Shown here in pieces: positions 12,444 to 25,641 of a stretch of 64,000 bases of DNA. Below the pieces are notes generated by a model. That model was not told the DNA's origin, did no database searches, and saw only the letters and a program-made list of their open reading frames with translations. Positions within the stretch are counted from its first letter, which is position 1; every line of letters starts with the position of its first letter. The translations under genes were made by a program, and so were the position numbers. The stretch is from Eledone cirrhosa (taxonomy: Eukaryota): positions 186,992,001-187,056,000 of the forward strand of contig OZ024743.1 in NCBI GenBank assembly GCA_964016885.1, read 5' to 3'.

Positions 12444-12935
12444 TTTCTTGGTGAGGAGGATGACTTTGGACATCCTGCAGGACTAAAAACAAAACCTGTC
12501 AAAGGGCAAAGGAGCTCTTAAGGGTCAATGGCCATCCAAAATCACCAGGAGAGATGACTCTAGGAGAAGGAAAACTCTGATATAACACCTGCAACCCTGA
12601 TGGTATCCAATGATGTTGACTTGTTCTTCTTTTTGGTAAATATCATCTTGGTTAAGAGATGTGGTTAAGCTTTGTGCAGTGCCTTTGCTCACTATAAAAG
12701 CTTCACAGCACAGGCATTGCTTTATATCTGGAGATCTCTCTGCACTTGTCGTCACATGGTACCATGGGCCCAGCACTATGTGTCAATAATTGTCACAAGT
12801 GTAGTGTTTGTATCAGAATTTTCAAGTCGCTGGCTGGACTAAAAAGTCACACTTGTTCAGCGCATCGGTAGGGGTTCTCCTACATGGATATAAAGTAGTG
12901 GCCGTACTCAAAAACGAGTTGGCAGCCACCATGTA
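12443..12935 (+). mobile_element. Non-autonomous bipartite RTE-derived element, 5'-truncated
   Basis: RTE-like 5' UTR motif TAGGAGAAGGAAAACTCTGA joined to a C2H2 remnant CSVCxRxFKSLAGLKSH and an (ATGT)n tail; paralog at 53340-53950. Confidence 0.6.
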
Positions 12936-12944
12936 TGTATCTAT

Positions 12945-14335
12945 GTTCTACTGGTTTTATAATTTCACAAAGTTTCACCAATAGAGAGAGAGTCGGTTTC
13001 TAATAGACACAAGACTCTCTCATTGGAATTTACACAACATCAACTAGGTAGGTATGTATGTATGCATGCATGTTTAGATATGGATGTTATTGTATGTGTG
13101 GATGTGTATATTTTGAGTTGTATGTGTGCATGTGTATATGCTTTGCATCTGTACATGTGTATATGCAGTTATTAGATGCAACATTTTTGGAATGTCTTAC
13201 ATATTTTTACTGTTCCATTAATGGATTGTATTTGTAATTTCCTAACTAGTTGTGTTCTTTCTGTTCCTGTGAAGCCTAGCTTCTCAAGATTTGTATTGAG
13301 GCAGTTACTAACATATACCAGTACCCAATAATCACAGGCATAAATCTGAAGGTGTAATCAGGGTTGAGTATCTGCAGATTTCTCATCAGTTCTGCATAAA
13401 TGTTCTCCTTTTCACTAATCTTTGATATTATATTGGCATCTGCTGGGCAGCTAATTTCCATTACTGTGCATGCTTTCTTCTCCCTGTCCCATATCATAAT
13501 ATCTGGTCTGTTATGCCTGTATTTTATTGGGGTTTTTACTGGAACATTCCACCAGTACTCTTTCATATTATGTACATGGATGTCTTCCACATTGCTGTAG
13601 CTTTTAATGTGTTTATTATCAGGGCTATCTTTTTTACGAACTGCATTGTACAGTGTTTTGGCCACTACATCATGCATCATGCGATGACATCTTTGGACAG
13701 CTGCTGATGACATGGGTGATATCCTCGATGTTAGTTCTGCAGAGTCTGCACTTGTTATCACATCTAGGTGTTTTGCCTGCATCCCTATTTCTTTTGTGAA
13801 TCAGGCATTACGTGCTAATCTCCTATTCCTGGATTGCAAAAGCGTATCCTTCAAAGTGGGAGCCAATATAGCGGTTGTTGGTCCAAGATAGACTACATTC
13901 CTTATCACTCTGGAGCTTCCTGGCAACATATCCATGCATGATTTTTTGCTGATAGGCATGCAGTTTTTCATCCATGGATTCACTGCGATACTGCTGAGCG
14001 ACATCCCTGGGTGTGAGTTTTTGATTATCACACAGGGAATATCTCTCGAGGAGTTCCTTCTCAACTCTCATGATCTTATCTGTTTCATGCAGATAGACTT
14101 GCTCGAGAAACGGGCTCCTACGCTTCGAGGTTCGTAGATGTTGTCGGAGAGATATGATGCGACATTCAAATGTTGTCTGGACTGATGTTAGGCCTCTGCC
14201 TCCCTGCTTACGTTTCTAGTAAAGGTCTATGTCACTGTTGATGTGGAAGTTTCCGGTGTTGTTCAGTATTTTTCGAGTTCCAATATCAACTGCTCGGATT
14301 TCGTCTATCGTCCAATTGGGTATTCCAAACATTGG
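12945..14335 (-). mobile_element. R4/Dong-like RLE LINE, family A, 5'-truncated
   Basis: SHFEGYAFAIQE, RLE motif RHNRPDIMIWD..VMEISCP, 3' UTR shared with 16708-16936; frameshifted. Confidence 0.85.
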
Positions 14336-14349
14336 TGTATGTATGTATG

Positions 14350-16658
14350 TTATCTCTTTCTCTTAATTTCGAGTATATATTTTTGACCGGCCACCTTCCT
14401 GGTGGCAAGGTTGTAAAAGAAAAGAAATTGTCATCCCTTGAATCGCAATAATGTTTTGCAAATTTTGAAGGTGCCAGCTATCGCAGCCATTTGTAGACTA
14501 TGATTTAGCGAGCTGCGCTTTTTGTCCGCAAATCCAAGTTCAGTCATACTTTGATCCAAGTGGGTTGGTATATAACCCGTAGCTCCAATAATTGTTTCTA
14601 CTTTTGGCACAAGGCCAGCAATTATTCCAGTATATTACTGGTACTTTATTTTATCGACCCCGTAAGGATGAAAGGCAAAGTTAACCTCGGCGGGATTTGA
14701 ACTCAGATCGTAAAGAGACATAACTATGCTGGAAAGCATGTCCGACACTCTACCGATACTGCCAATTCACCGCCCAATTCACCCGTAGCTCCAATAATGA
14801 TGGCTATGAAGCTAAAGGTATATCTTGGATACTGGATTTGTAAACTCCTCATCAATGGTCCGTAATTGTCCTCCTTCTCCTGTATTTTTCTGACAACGTT
14901 TACATCAAGTGGGCAGCTGATCTCCACAACAGAACACGTTTCAATGTGTGGTCCCAAACAACAATATCAGGCTGGTTGTGCTTTAATTTGGTGGCAGTTT
15001 TTATTTTCAGGTTCCACCAGTATTCCTTAGTGCCATCTGTCTCAATATATTCTTCCTCGTTTGTTGTTAATTTTGTTTTCCGAAGTGCGTTCCAGATGGT
15101 TCTAGCTATCCCATCGTGTCTCATGGGGAGGTAGTAGCGAGATGACATTCTTTCGCAGCTGGCAACAACGTGGCTTACATCCTCGATCTTTGTTTTACAT
15201 AGCCTACATTTATTGTCAGCTGCTGGCCCTCCCCTTTTGTGCAGCAGATATTTGGTAGGGAGTTCTTGTTCCTGTATTGCATAGAGATATCCCTCAAGGT
15301 GTGATGTCATAAACTTGTCGGAACTCCATGCCAGGCTTTTTTAGTGGTTTATCCCCTCTATGGTCTGTGTTTTACGTCTCAAGTATCCATGCACAACTTT
15401 TTCTGTAAATTGGTCAATTTTTTCATCTTGTTGAGAGATTTATATCAGGCTTTATTCCATATCTCTCCTCCAGATCAGTCGCTATTCTAATGATATTTCT
15501 TTTTTCATGCTCATAAACCTGGGCAAGATGGTTGCCAACCTTTTTCCTCTGTTGAAGGTGTTGCTTCAGTGTTACTATCCGGGTCTCATATGTTGTTAAT
15601 ATTGATTTTAGACCCCGGCCACCTTCCTTGCGTGAGAAGTATAGCCTATCCACATCACCATTGATGTTAAAGTTCCCAGTAACACTGAGAAGTTTGAGAG
15701 TTCTAACATCCATCTCACTTAGTTCTTGCAATGACCAGTTCAGCAGGCCAAATGTTGGCATTAGAATTGGCACAGCATACGTATTGTTGGCAATGTATTT
15801 GTTGTACGCTGACAGTTCTGATGACCATATTTTCTTTACTCTTCTGAAGTATTTAGTTCTGGTTCTCTCCTTATTTATGGGTCCATCATATCTGACATTC
15901 TCATCCTGTCCAAGATATCTGTAGTTGTCACCTGACTGTAGAGGTTGTATTGTCAGGCCGTTCATCTCTAGATTTCTAGAGGAGGGCACAGCTCTTCCAC
16001 GTTTTACTGCCAAATATGCACACTTGGACTCACCAAATTTCATTTTGATGTCTGTTGAAAATTGTGTAATGAGGTCCAATTGTTTCTTGATGTCATTGAT
16101 ATTTGGCCCATACAACTTCAGGTCATCAACAAAGAAAAGATGGGAGATACTTCTGGGCCGACTTCTTTGTCCACCTTGTTTCCTGAGTAGGTAAGATAGT
16201 GGATTTAGTGAGAGAACGAAAAGTAGCACTAACAAGCTATCACCCTGAAAGATGCCCTTCTAGTAATGTATCTTATCAGTCTTAACTTGCTCCTTCTCAC
16301 CTCTAAGGATCAAATTGGTGTACCAGTTCTTGGTCAGGCATTCAACAGCAGCTACCAATGTTTGTGGGACTTTGGCTAACTGTAAATCCTTAATAATCCA
16401 CCCATGAGGTACACTATCAAATGCTTTTTGATAGTCCAGCCACACCACAGTCATGTTTCTGTGATTCTTTGTTGTTTTTTCCTGAATCATTTTATTAGTT
16501 AGTAGGTGATCTATGCAACCCCACACCTCCCTCTTTCCACCAGCTTTCTCAGGTGTTATGATGTTGTTGGTAGCACAGTGATCCTGTAAGAACAGGTTAA
16601 GGCACCCAGTATATAATTTATACATGATGTTTTGGCAGGCTATTGGGCGGTAATTTTT
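14350..16658 (-). mobile_element. R4/Dong-like RLE LINE, family B, interrupted by a SINE
   Basis: RT WLDYQKAFDSVPH, LLFVLSLNPLS, HLFFVDDLKLY; CCHC CRLC..HVVASC; RLE KHNQPDIVVWD; stops and frameshifts. Confidence 0.9.
14593..14780 (-). mobile_element. SINE family A nested in the LINE with an 18-bp TSD
   Basis: ACCCGTAGCTCCAATAAT at 14575-14592 and 14781-14798. Confidence 0.9.
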
Positions 16659-16707
16659 GTATGTATGTATGTATGTATGTATGTATGTATGTATGTATGT
16701 ATGTATG

Positions 16708-17232
16708 TTCTTCTGGTTTTATAATTTCACAAAGTTTTACCAATAGAAGGAGAGTCGGTTTCTAACATAGACACAAGACTCTCTCATTGGAATTTACACA
16801 TCATCAACTAGGAGGTAGATATGTATGTATGCATGCATGTGTAGATATGGATGTTATTGTATGTGTGGATGTGTATGTTTTGAGTTGTATGTGTGCATGT
16901 GTATATGCTTTGCATCTGTATATGTGTATATGCAGTTATTAGATGCAACATTTTTGGATTGTTTTACATATTTTTACTGTTCCATTAATGGATTGTACTT
17001 GTAATTTCATAACTAGTTGTGTTCTTTCTGTTCCTGTGAAGCCTAGCTTCTCAAGATTTGTATTGAGGCAGTTACTAGCATATCCCTGTGCCCCAATAAT
17101 CACAGGCATAAATCTGAAGGTGTAATCAGGGTTGAGTATCTGCAGATTTCTCATCAGTTCTGCATAAATATTCTCCTTTTCACTAATCTTTGATATTATA
17201 TTGGCATCTGCTGGGCAGCTAATTTCCACTAC
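16708..17232 (-). mobile_element. R4/Dong-like family A, short 3' fragment
   Basis: Near-identical to 12945-13465; VVEISCPADAN..PVIIGAQG. Confidence 0.85.
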
Positions 17233-17734
17233 ATGTATGTATGTATGTATGTATGTATGTATGTATGCATGTATGCATGTATGTATGTAGTGTGTGTGTA
17301 TGTGTGTGTGTGTGCTTTCATTTTTTCTTAACATAACTAAAATGAATGGGTTTTTTTGTGAGTATTAGTTTGAAGGAAATTATTACTACAACCACGCACT
17401 TTGAATTAATGTTGAATTCCATTAAATATTTAAAATATTTTGAAGCATATTGTGCAAACAGAAAGAAATATTTAAATAAAGTGTATTAATAAGTCCTATT
17501 TTTATCTTTATGATAATCTAAAATATATATTAAAATAGTTTTATTTAGACGAAGGAATAGATTATAGGTATTATGGTATATTTTCTTTTCTCTCTCCTAA
17601 ATGAAAGATTTAAAATTTGAAAGCTAGAGACCATATATATGACAGAAAAGTTTTTGATGTTGAGTTAAGGTCGGACAGGTCTTATTTGAAGCTGAACCCT
17701 TAGTGGATCTTTTTTTGCCCATGAGAACTATTTC

Positions 17735-19105
17735 CATCATCATCATCGCATCTATATTCATTTTTCCATGCTTGCATGGGTTGGTTGGGTCCTTTCAGCA
17801 CAGCATCTCTACACTCACTGCGTTCCTTCATTATCTCCTCTTTGAGTCTCAGTGATTTGAGATCACCTCTCACCATCTCTGCCCAGGTCTTTCTTGGTCT
17901 ATCTCTACTGTGGCTCCCTTTCACAGGGATTTCCTGGTACCTCTCCACCCAGCGATCATCATCCATGTGAATCACATGTCCATACAAACACGGTCTTCTC
18001 TCTTGCACACTGCTTTGGATTCCTTTTAAACCCATTTTTTCCTCAATTCATCCAAGCTATGTCTTTCTCTCATACTTACATTGCACATCCAACAAAGCAT
18101 GGTGGCTTCCTTTCTCTCTTGCCTACACATGTCCTCTGCTGTCCCTGCCCCTATTTCCCTACCATGCAGCATCACACTTAACATACAGAAATCATACAGT
18201 CATCCTTTTGTATGCAGGGAGAAACCTTTTGTTTGATAACAGTGGGAGTAGCTGTCTAAACATCTTCCATCCTATCATTATTCTAGCTTTTATGGTCTCA
18301 GAGCACCCTCTTCTGTTGCTAATTAGGTCACCTAGACAGCAGAAGCTCTCAATCACGACTATGGATCCTTCATGGGATTGGAAAAGTTTTATATCACTGC
18401 TGCACTTCCCCTCGATTACCCCTTTGAACCTTGTGCTTACAAAGACATCCTTTCCTGTTAGTCTACCTATTATCCCACTACATCTCTTGCATATCCAAGA
18501 TTTACATTGTGTACATCATACAGAGTTTATGCTTACTTATTTTCTGCATATTGAGCAGGGCGACTTTGCTGGGGGAATCAGAGTCCTATCTTATTTCCTA
18601 CCTTCTAACACTTTAGCTTTGGTTAAGTTTACTGACAGACTTTTTGATTTGAAATTCTGTTTCCATAGTTAGAACATATTCTCTAGTTCTTTTATGGATT
18701 CAGCTATAAGGACCAGATCATCCACATTGAGAAGTTCCCATGGATACCCAGTCTTAAAGTCCTCTGTTATGGCCTGAAAAACTATGATGAATAGCAGTGG
18801 GCTAAGAACAAAATCCTGATGAACTCCTACCTGTACCTTCAATTCCTTACTAAACTCACTTCCCACTCTCACTTTATTAACAGTTCCTCTAAACATGGCT
18901 TGTACTGCTTACACAAGCCATTCTTCTCCACCTAATCTCCTTAAGTATCACCAGATAATAGATTGAAGTATTCTGTCAAAGGCTTTTTCTAAATATAATG
19001 GCTTATTCTTGGTTAGGAACTTCTTTTGTAGTTGTCTCACTATGAATAGGACATCTGCAGTACATTTCCCAAGTGTGAAACCAAACTGCATCTCACCTAA
19101 TTTAA
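17735..19105 (-). mobile_element. Degenerate RTE LINE with PHD-like insert
   Basis: VGVHQDFVLSPLLF, WELLNVDDL, MQFGF, RPRKTW, (CAT)n tail. Confidence 0.85.
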
Positions 19106-19589
19106 GTCTATGTGGTTGAATATTCCACAAACATATTCTTAACATAATCCAAAGGTAGAATCTATTTATATATATATACATATATATATATCCTCTCTGG
19201 ATAATTAGCCAGCATCAGTGAAACTTGAGTACCAAGACCTGGTCTCTTCGTATAAACAAATTGCATCAGCCCTAGCTATTTTCATTTAGGGTGGTTGCAG
19301 GGGTTTTCCAGTGCAGTCTATGGGGAGGACAGTTACAGTTTTAGAAATAAGAGTAAGATAGAAGAAGCCAGCTGCTGTCAGGCTGAAGGAAGGAAGTGTA
19401 AAATACCTCCTGCTGGTACTGGAAAAATAGAAAGATTTGAGCAATGACTGATTTATGGTTTAAAGCCAACAACTTCTTCTGGCTGAAAACCACAGTTTGA
19501 AGGTATTAATTCCACTAAATGTATCTAATAGTAAAGTTTATAATTAATAATGATTTCTTCATTCATTTAAATTATAACTTTTCAGAATA

Positions 19590-19800
19590 TCATTTCATTC
19601 AAATCTATCCTGACGATATCCTCATTTGGAACTGACATTTTGACAGCCATCAAAGTTATTACATATAAAATTCATAACAGAATATTAGATAAACTCCATT
19701 TTTAAACCAAAGCAGAGTATGTCATTGACATTTTCCAGGAGACATTTGATGAAAGACTTTATATCTATATATTGAATTTAAGAGGTTCATAATGGATAAA
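19590..19800 (+). pseudogene. Possible very decayed Penelope-like RT fragment
   Basis: Remnants YPDDILIW and HIKFITE resemble PLE RT YxDDxFIIW and IKFTxE. Confidence 0.3.
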
Positions 19801-22469
19801 TAAGATATATATGAAAAAAGAATAAGATATATATGAAAAAAGAATAAGATATATATCTTATTCTTTTTTCATATATATGATAAAAGAAAAATATGATAGG
19901 GACAGGGTTCTCAGGTAGGGGAGATTTCATGTAGATTATGGTAAATGTGGATTTCTTTTTCATATGTTATTTATTGAATGTGCTCATTTACATTCTGTAT
20001 GCACATATTTACTATTTGAAGAATCCTAGCTTAATGATAAATATTTTTCATCAAAAGATTACTGCTGAACCCAGATATTTTTTATCAGAGAAAATAACTT
20101 TATCTAATCAACTGATTTACTCAAGTAAAGTTTATCATGAGTTTTTCTAAAAGACAGTATTTATGCAATGGAAAAAGCCTTTGAAGTATCAGCACCAGGA
20201 GATAACCTGGTTGTTGATAATGGTGCTGATTTAATGACTATGATAAATGTGGTGGCAGTTATATCAATCAATGATATTGATTTCATTTTCATTTTATCCA
20301 GATTCACCATCCTATCTCTTTCTCCCCACTCACATCACCCTGTCCAATCCCAACAAAATTGTCTTACACCCATGAAACACTTTCTCATTCCTTTTCTTCT
20401 TCACATAACCCCACAAAATCCCACCACAATTATCATACACTCATGATATACTTATCTTTCGTACTTTTCCCTTCTCTCTCCTTGCACACATCTCACTTAG
20501 GACAGGTCATCATCCACCCCAGAGTATAGAGAAGGATCTTCTGTTGAGCCATTGATTGAAATACTCCCTTGCAATGGTGCCACAATAGAATGAATCCAAA
20601 TGCTCCATAAAGTGATTGGTTTTAGCAAGGGCATCCAGCTGTCGAAATCATGCTACAAAGGATTGCAGGGACTTTTCAGTTGGGTCCCAGACATGTCAAT
20701 GTCTCGAGTGCTGATGCCACAAAAGAGGTTGGTGAAAAGAAGATTATTCAGACCCAAAAATTGCCAAACAAAGTATTGAAAGGACTTCTCAGTTAAATCT
20801 AAAACATAATAACCCATCATGTGCTACTACCATGATTAAATGCACATTCAGTTTTGACAGACAAATTTGTGAATATGTAGGTAAAACACAAGAGTAACAG
20901 GATTTTGACCTGATCTTAATAAAAATAATTATTAAACAATACCATGATACTGATTCATCACTCACATAACCATCAATATTAAGCTATATATATACTTGGT
21001 ATGTTGATGCTACAATAAAAGTCACCAGTCCACTATGTAAGGAAGTTGGTAGTGCTAGACTCATGATAAAAAGATCCTACTGTAAAGTGGTTGGCATTAA
21101 GAAGGCATTCAGCCATATAAACTAAGTCACAATGGAATATAAGAGCAAGACATGGTCACCTGACTAGTCTAGCCTCAGAACAAGACAACTTGTCTAACCT
21201 ATGTAAGCATAGTAAATAGACATTAAATGGTGATGATGATGATGATAATTACTATCATCCTTCAATATTAATATTCAATACTTGTTCTCTCTTACCATCA
21301 TACCAATGTAGATATCAATATGTCACTTCAATTAATCTCTGCCATATTCTCCTCTCACACTTTTCATTCTGTTATTCCATATTTCATTCATTTTTCTGTC
21401 TTCTATTCAACTTATTGGTCATATTTGCCTTGAACATATGGAGAGTACACCAGTAGAGAAGAACTTTTTAGTCTCACTGAGGACAAAGCAACCTTTCTAG
21501 TCCTGCTGCTATAATCCTCCAACACACTCTGAAAATGGTTGGTGTTAGGAAAGTCATCCAACTTTCGAGTCTATGCCACAATTGTAACATACACGTTTTC
21601 TTCTCTCTCTCTTCTAGGAGCGTAGTTATTCCAAATAAGAATGGATACAGACTGTGATAACCCATCCAGTTCATGCAAGAATAGAAAGCAGCCATAAAAT
21701 GCCCATAGTGATGGTGATGTTGATCACCTGCAGTGAAAGTTCCTCAACAAAAAGTACCTAGCCATCCTGTATGGTGATTCTGCTTGTGTCACAACAAAAG
21801 GTATCCAGTCCACCCTGTAAGAGGGTTATGCTGGTGCAATGACAAATGCATATAGTCCATCCTGCAAATTGGTCTTACTGGAGCCATGACAAAAAGCCCC
21901 TGCAAAGTGGTTATACTAGTGCTACGATAAAAAACACCCAATCCACCCTGTGACAGGGACATACTGCTACCATAACAAAAATGCACCTGTACACCCTATA
22001 AGACCTGGAGTATGATATAATTCTCTCAGTACAAAATATAAAGTTGTTGGCATTAGGAAGAACCATAGAAACCAGAGCATATGAGCATGACACCAGACCA
22101 TTCAAACCCCAGTATGTGATGGTCCTTCTAACTATTGCATGGAAAACACGTGAAATGGTGATGATGATATCTGAGTTCATGCTTATAACACAGAATGAGT
22201 TTTAGACAAGGACGAGTATTTAGTTATAAATATGATTACATATAACCACAATCACATACACAAGTATACACACAGAGAAACAAGCTCATGCATGATCACA
22301 CATATGCACATGCATGGTCTCGTGGTATGGGTGTTGTATTGAGATACAGCATTTCTGGGACATTTTAAAAATCTGGTGGAGCCCATCTCCTCTCCAAGCC
22401 TGAATACAGCCGATTTCTTCCAGAGGAAGAAAGTGAGGGATTGGAAGTGATAACGGGATATAGAGGCAG

Positions 22470-22626
22470 AATCAACCCCAGTACTTGACTGGACCTTTTT
22501 TATCGACTTCAAATGGACGGAAAGCAAAGGTGACCTTGGCAGGATTTAAACTCGGAGAGTAGAGAGCTGAAACAAATACTGCAAAGCATTCTATCCAATG
22601 TTTTTACGGCTGTCAATTTGCCACCT
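22470..22626 (-). mobile_element. Diverged SINE family A relative
   Basis: TTTATCGAC..GAAAGCAAAGGTGACCTTGGCAGGATTTAAACTC. Confidence 0.6.
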
Positions 22627-25600
22627 ACACACATGCATATACAGAAATTAATGTATAATACAATAAGACAAACAGTATAATGTTAAAAATCTGCAAAATA
22701 ATAAGTATTTTAACTAGATTGTTTACCAAGATACCACTATTCCATCATATCAATTGTATTAGTAATAATTCAAGTGAAATGAAATAGAAAAAACAAAACA
22801 AAATTATATTGATACAATTATCAAAAAAATGTATTAAAAATATCATTTTGTTATCTTATAATTTCAAGTAAATTTAAATTCTAAATTTCATTTGAATCAA
22901 AAGCATTTATCATCATCATTATCGTCTTTATTACTACTACTATCAAAATAACATTGTCATTCATTCACATTTCTCTATTATCCCTATTATCATCACAGTC
23001 ATCATTATTCTCATCATTATCATTATGATGTTGTTGCTGATAATGATGGTCATTTTTGTTGTTGTTGTCATTATCACTATCATCATCATGTTCATCAATG
23101 TCATTATTGTCATCAGTGGTGGTCTTATCATTTCTCTATCAAATTTGTAATCATCATCATTGTCACCATTATTGCTATGATTACTAATATCATCATTATC
23201 ACCATCATTATCATGTCTGTTATTTTCTCCCCACCGCCTCCACACCTCCATTCCACTATCATTGGTTAACAGAAATCTAAAACCTCCAAAATGAAAGTCT
23301 TGGTAAGAAATTGTATTAAATGAAAATGACATTTTCTCATTAATACTATTGGCTTACATCAGTAGTGAAACAATGAGCAAATAGTAATAATGATGATGAT
23401 GGGGTGAAAGATAGTGATGCTGCTTCTGATGAATTGATTTCTACAGGTAATATGAACTATTAATATAATAATCTTTCATATCATTAACATGGAAATGGAC
23501 TAAAATTGATAGCTCTACTAATATATACAGTTTCACACGAATTTGTCACTATTGTTATTTTTATTATTGTGTTTTGTTTGACTTGAGGATATATGAAAGT
23601 AAATGTACAGAAATTAGATTGTGATGAGTATTAAACCAAATATTGCTATAAATCCACTGCAATTTTTGATTTTGATATCACAATAATACTCTAAGCAATC
23701 TTCCTATAAATGTATTAAAATCATCTTTATTAATTTGCAGTCTTAAAGAAGTGAGAGCAGACAGAGATAAATGAAAGTATAGCATTTGTAATCTCCCAAC
23801 AAATATTTACTGTACCATGTATTTAGGCTCACTGCAAAAACAAGAAAAATAATTTCTTTCTTAAATTTTGCAAAAGGTAAAGGAGTAATTTAAATCCAAA
23901 ATATTATAGGTATTTGTTTTGTTCATTCTAAAGCAAAGAAGAGAAATGTTAGCTTTCATAAAACAGAAAATGCCAACATCATTAGAATGCAGAACAGGCC
24001 TGTACCTTGTAGTCTCATGGGGAAGAATGAGTAGTTATAAATTGAAAGTATTAGTAATGAGCTGACATTCACAATAGATATGTCTTGGGACCAATCTTAT
24101 CATTTATATAAATGATATTGACACTAGTTTTTCCTCTTTACAAAACTATCATAATTTGCTAATACTAGCAAGATATTGGTGGGCAATACTTTTTTGTTCT
24201 TAGTCTAATCAAATCTTCAATGCAAAAACGTGATTTGAATGAAAGAGTCGATTGATCCCTTGTCATGAAGTGAAAATAGCAAATAGGATACTTCAGATGA
24301 TCAGTTTTATTTCTGTTGGCTGTAGGTGGGAGACTATTGTCAGATTCAATATGTGTAAATATATGCACATTCTTTTAGAATGCTTTTTTGAAATATAGAT
24401 TAAAAGGAGAGAATATAAATTAAGTCTTTATCATATAGATATTTCAGTTGTTTTTAGTATACCTCTAGTAATGGTATATCTCCTGGATTGTTGAATAACT
24501 GGATATCTATCTATCTATCTGTGTGTGTGTAGGGGGGGGTGAGAGGGAGAGAGAGAGTACTCAATACTGAAGTAGAGTTTAACGACAAAAAGGCACCCAC
24601 TTCATTCTGTATGATGGTAGTGTTGAGGACAAAAAGTTCTCAGTCTGCGCTGTAAAAGTGGTTGGTATTAAGGGCATCCCGCTTTAGAAAACCAAGCCAA
24701 AAATGGATTATATGTGACTGGCATGGTCATCTGACTGCCTAGCATCATAACATGTTTGCATGGAAAATATATGTTAAATGGGGATGATGATGATATGTTT
24801 ATATTTGCAAAAGATGTACACACCATCCAAAAAATTGCTGTTAAGCTAGTATGTCAAATAAAATTCCTGCTTTAGTTTCACATACATCCTTGTCACTCAG
24901 TGATACTCAGAAATACAGTGACTTTCTATTGTTCCCAAAAGACACAAGGTGAAATATTTTGTGGGGGTTTACACTAGTGATGACAAGAATGCTATAAAAG
25001 AATGCAGAAGGGGTTTAGTAAATATAGAATTCATAAATTACTTCCGTTTAAATACTGTAACTTATAAAACATTTATTGATTTAACAAAACAGCCTAGACA
25101 TAAGTATATTTTGTTTCAAATGAATTAGAATACTCGACTGTAACATCTTCATCAATGTTAGCTGTTGATCTTAATACTAATACCCTAAACAGTTCCAAAA
25201 GTAGGCTCTTTATTTAAAAAGAGAAATTGATGTAAGCCAGAAATATCTTCCTATCTCAACTATTGAAGCTGACGATTACAAAATTAAATTCATGTTGACA
25301 TAAACTTAAACTGAATTGGTTACAATGTACTCTAGGTAGACTATAAGTACTGTTTTAATCTAATGGTAGACATTATATCATTGAACTGCTTATAGTTGCT
25401 GCCTATACACTTCTTACTTTCTTCGATTTAATTGATTTTCTCCATTAATCATGACTTCAGTTAAGTGAACCTACCTGCTTTGACTAATGTATCATTGACA
25501 CAGACCACAGACTCTGAATAAACATTATCTAGTTTAGTTTAACATCTTGATGTATGAGTGCAAAATTAGTAATGTTGTATCAACAGAGTTGAAATTTAAC

Positions 25601-25641
25601 TAGTCACTGAAATCATTAAGAATTTCTGAAAAGATTAATTA

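Noticed and set aside
24165-24368. Short non-repetitive ORFs as host exons (also 20168-20446, 38910-39140)
   Set aside because: No recognisable domain or convincing splice context
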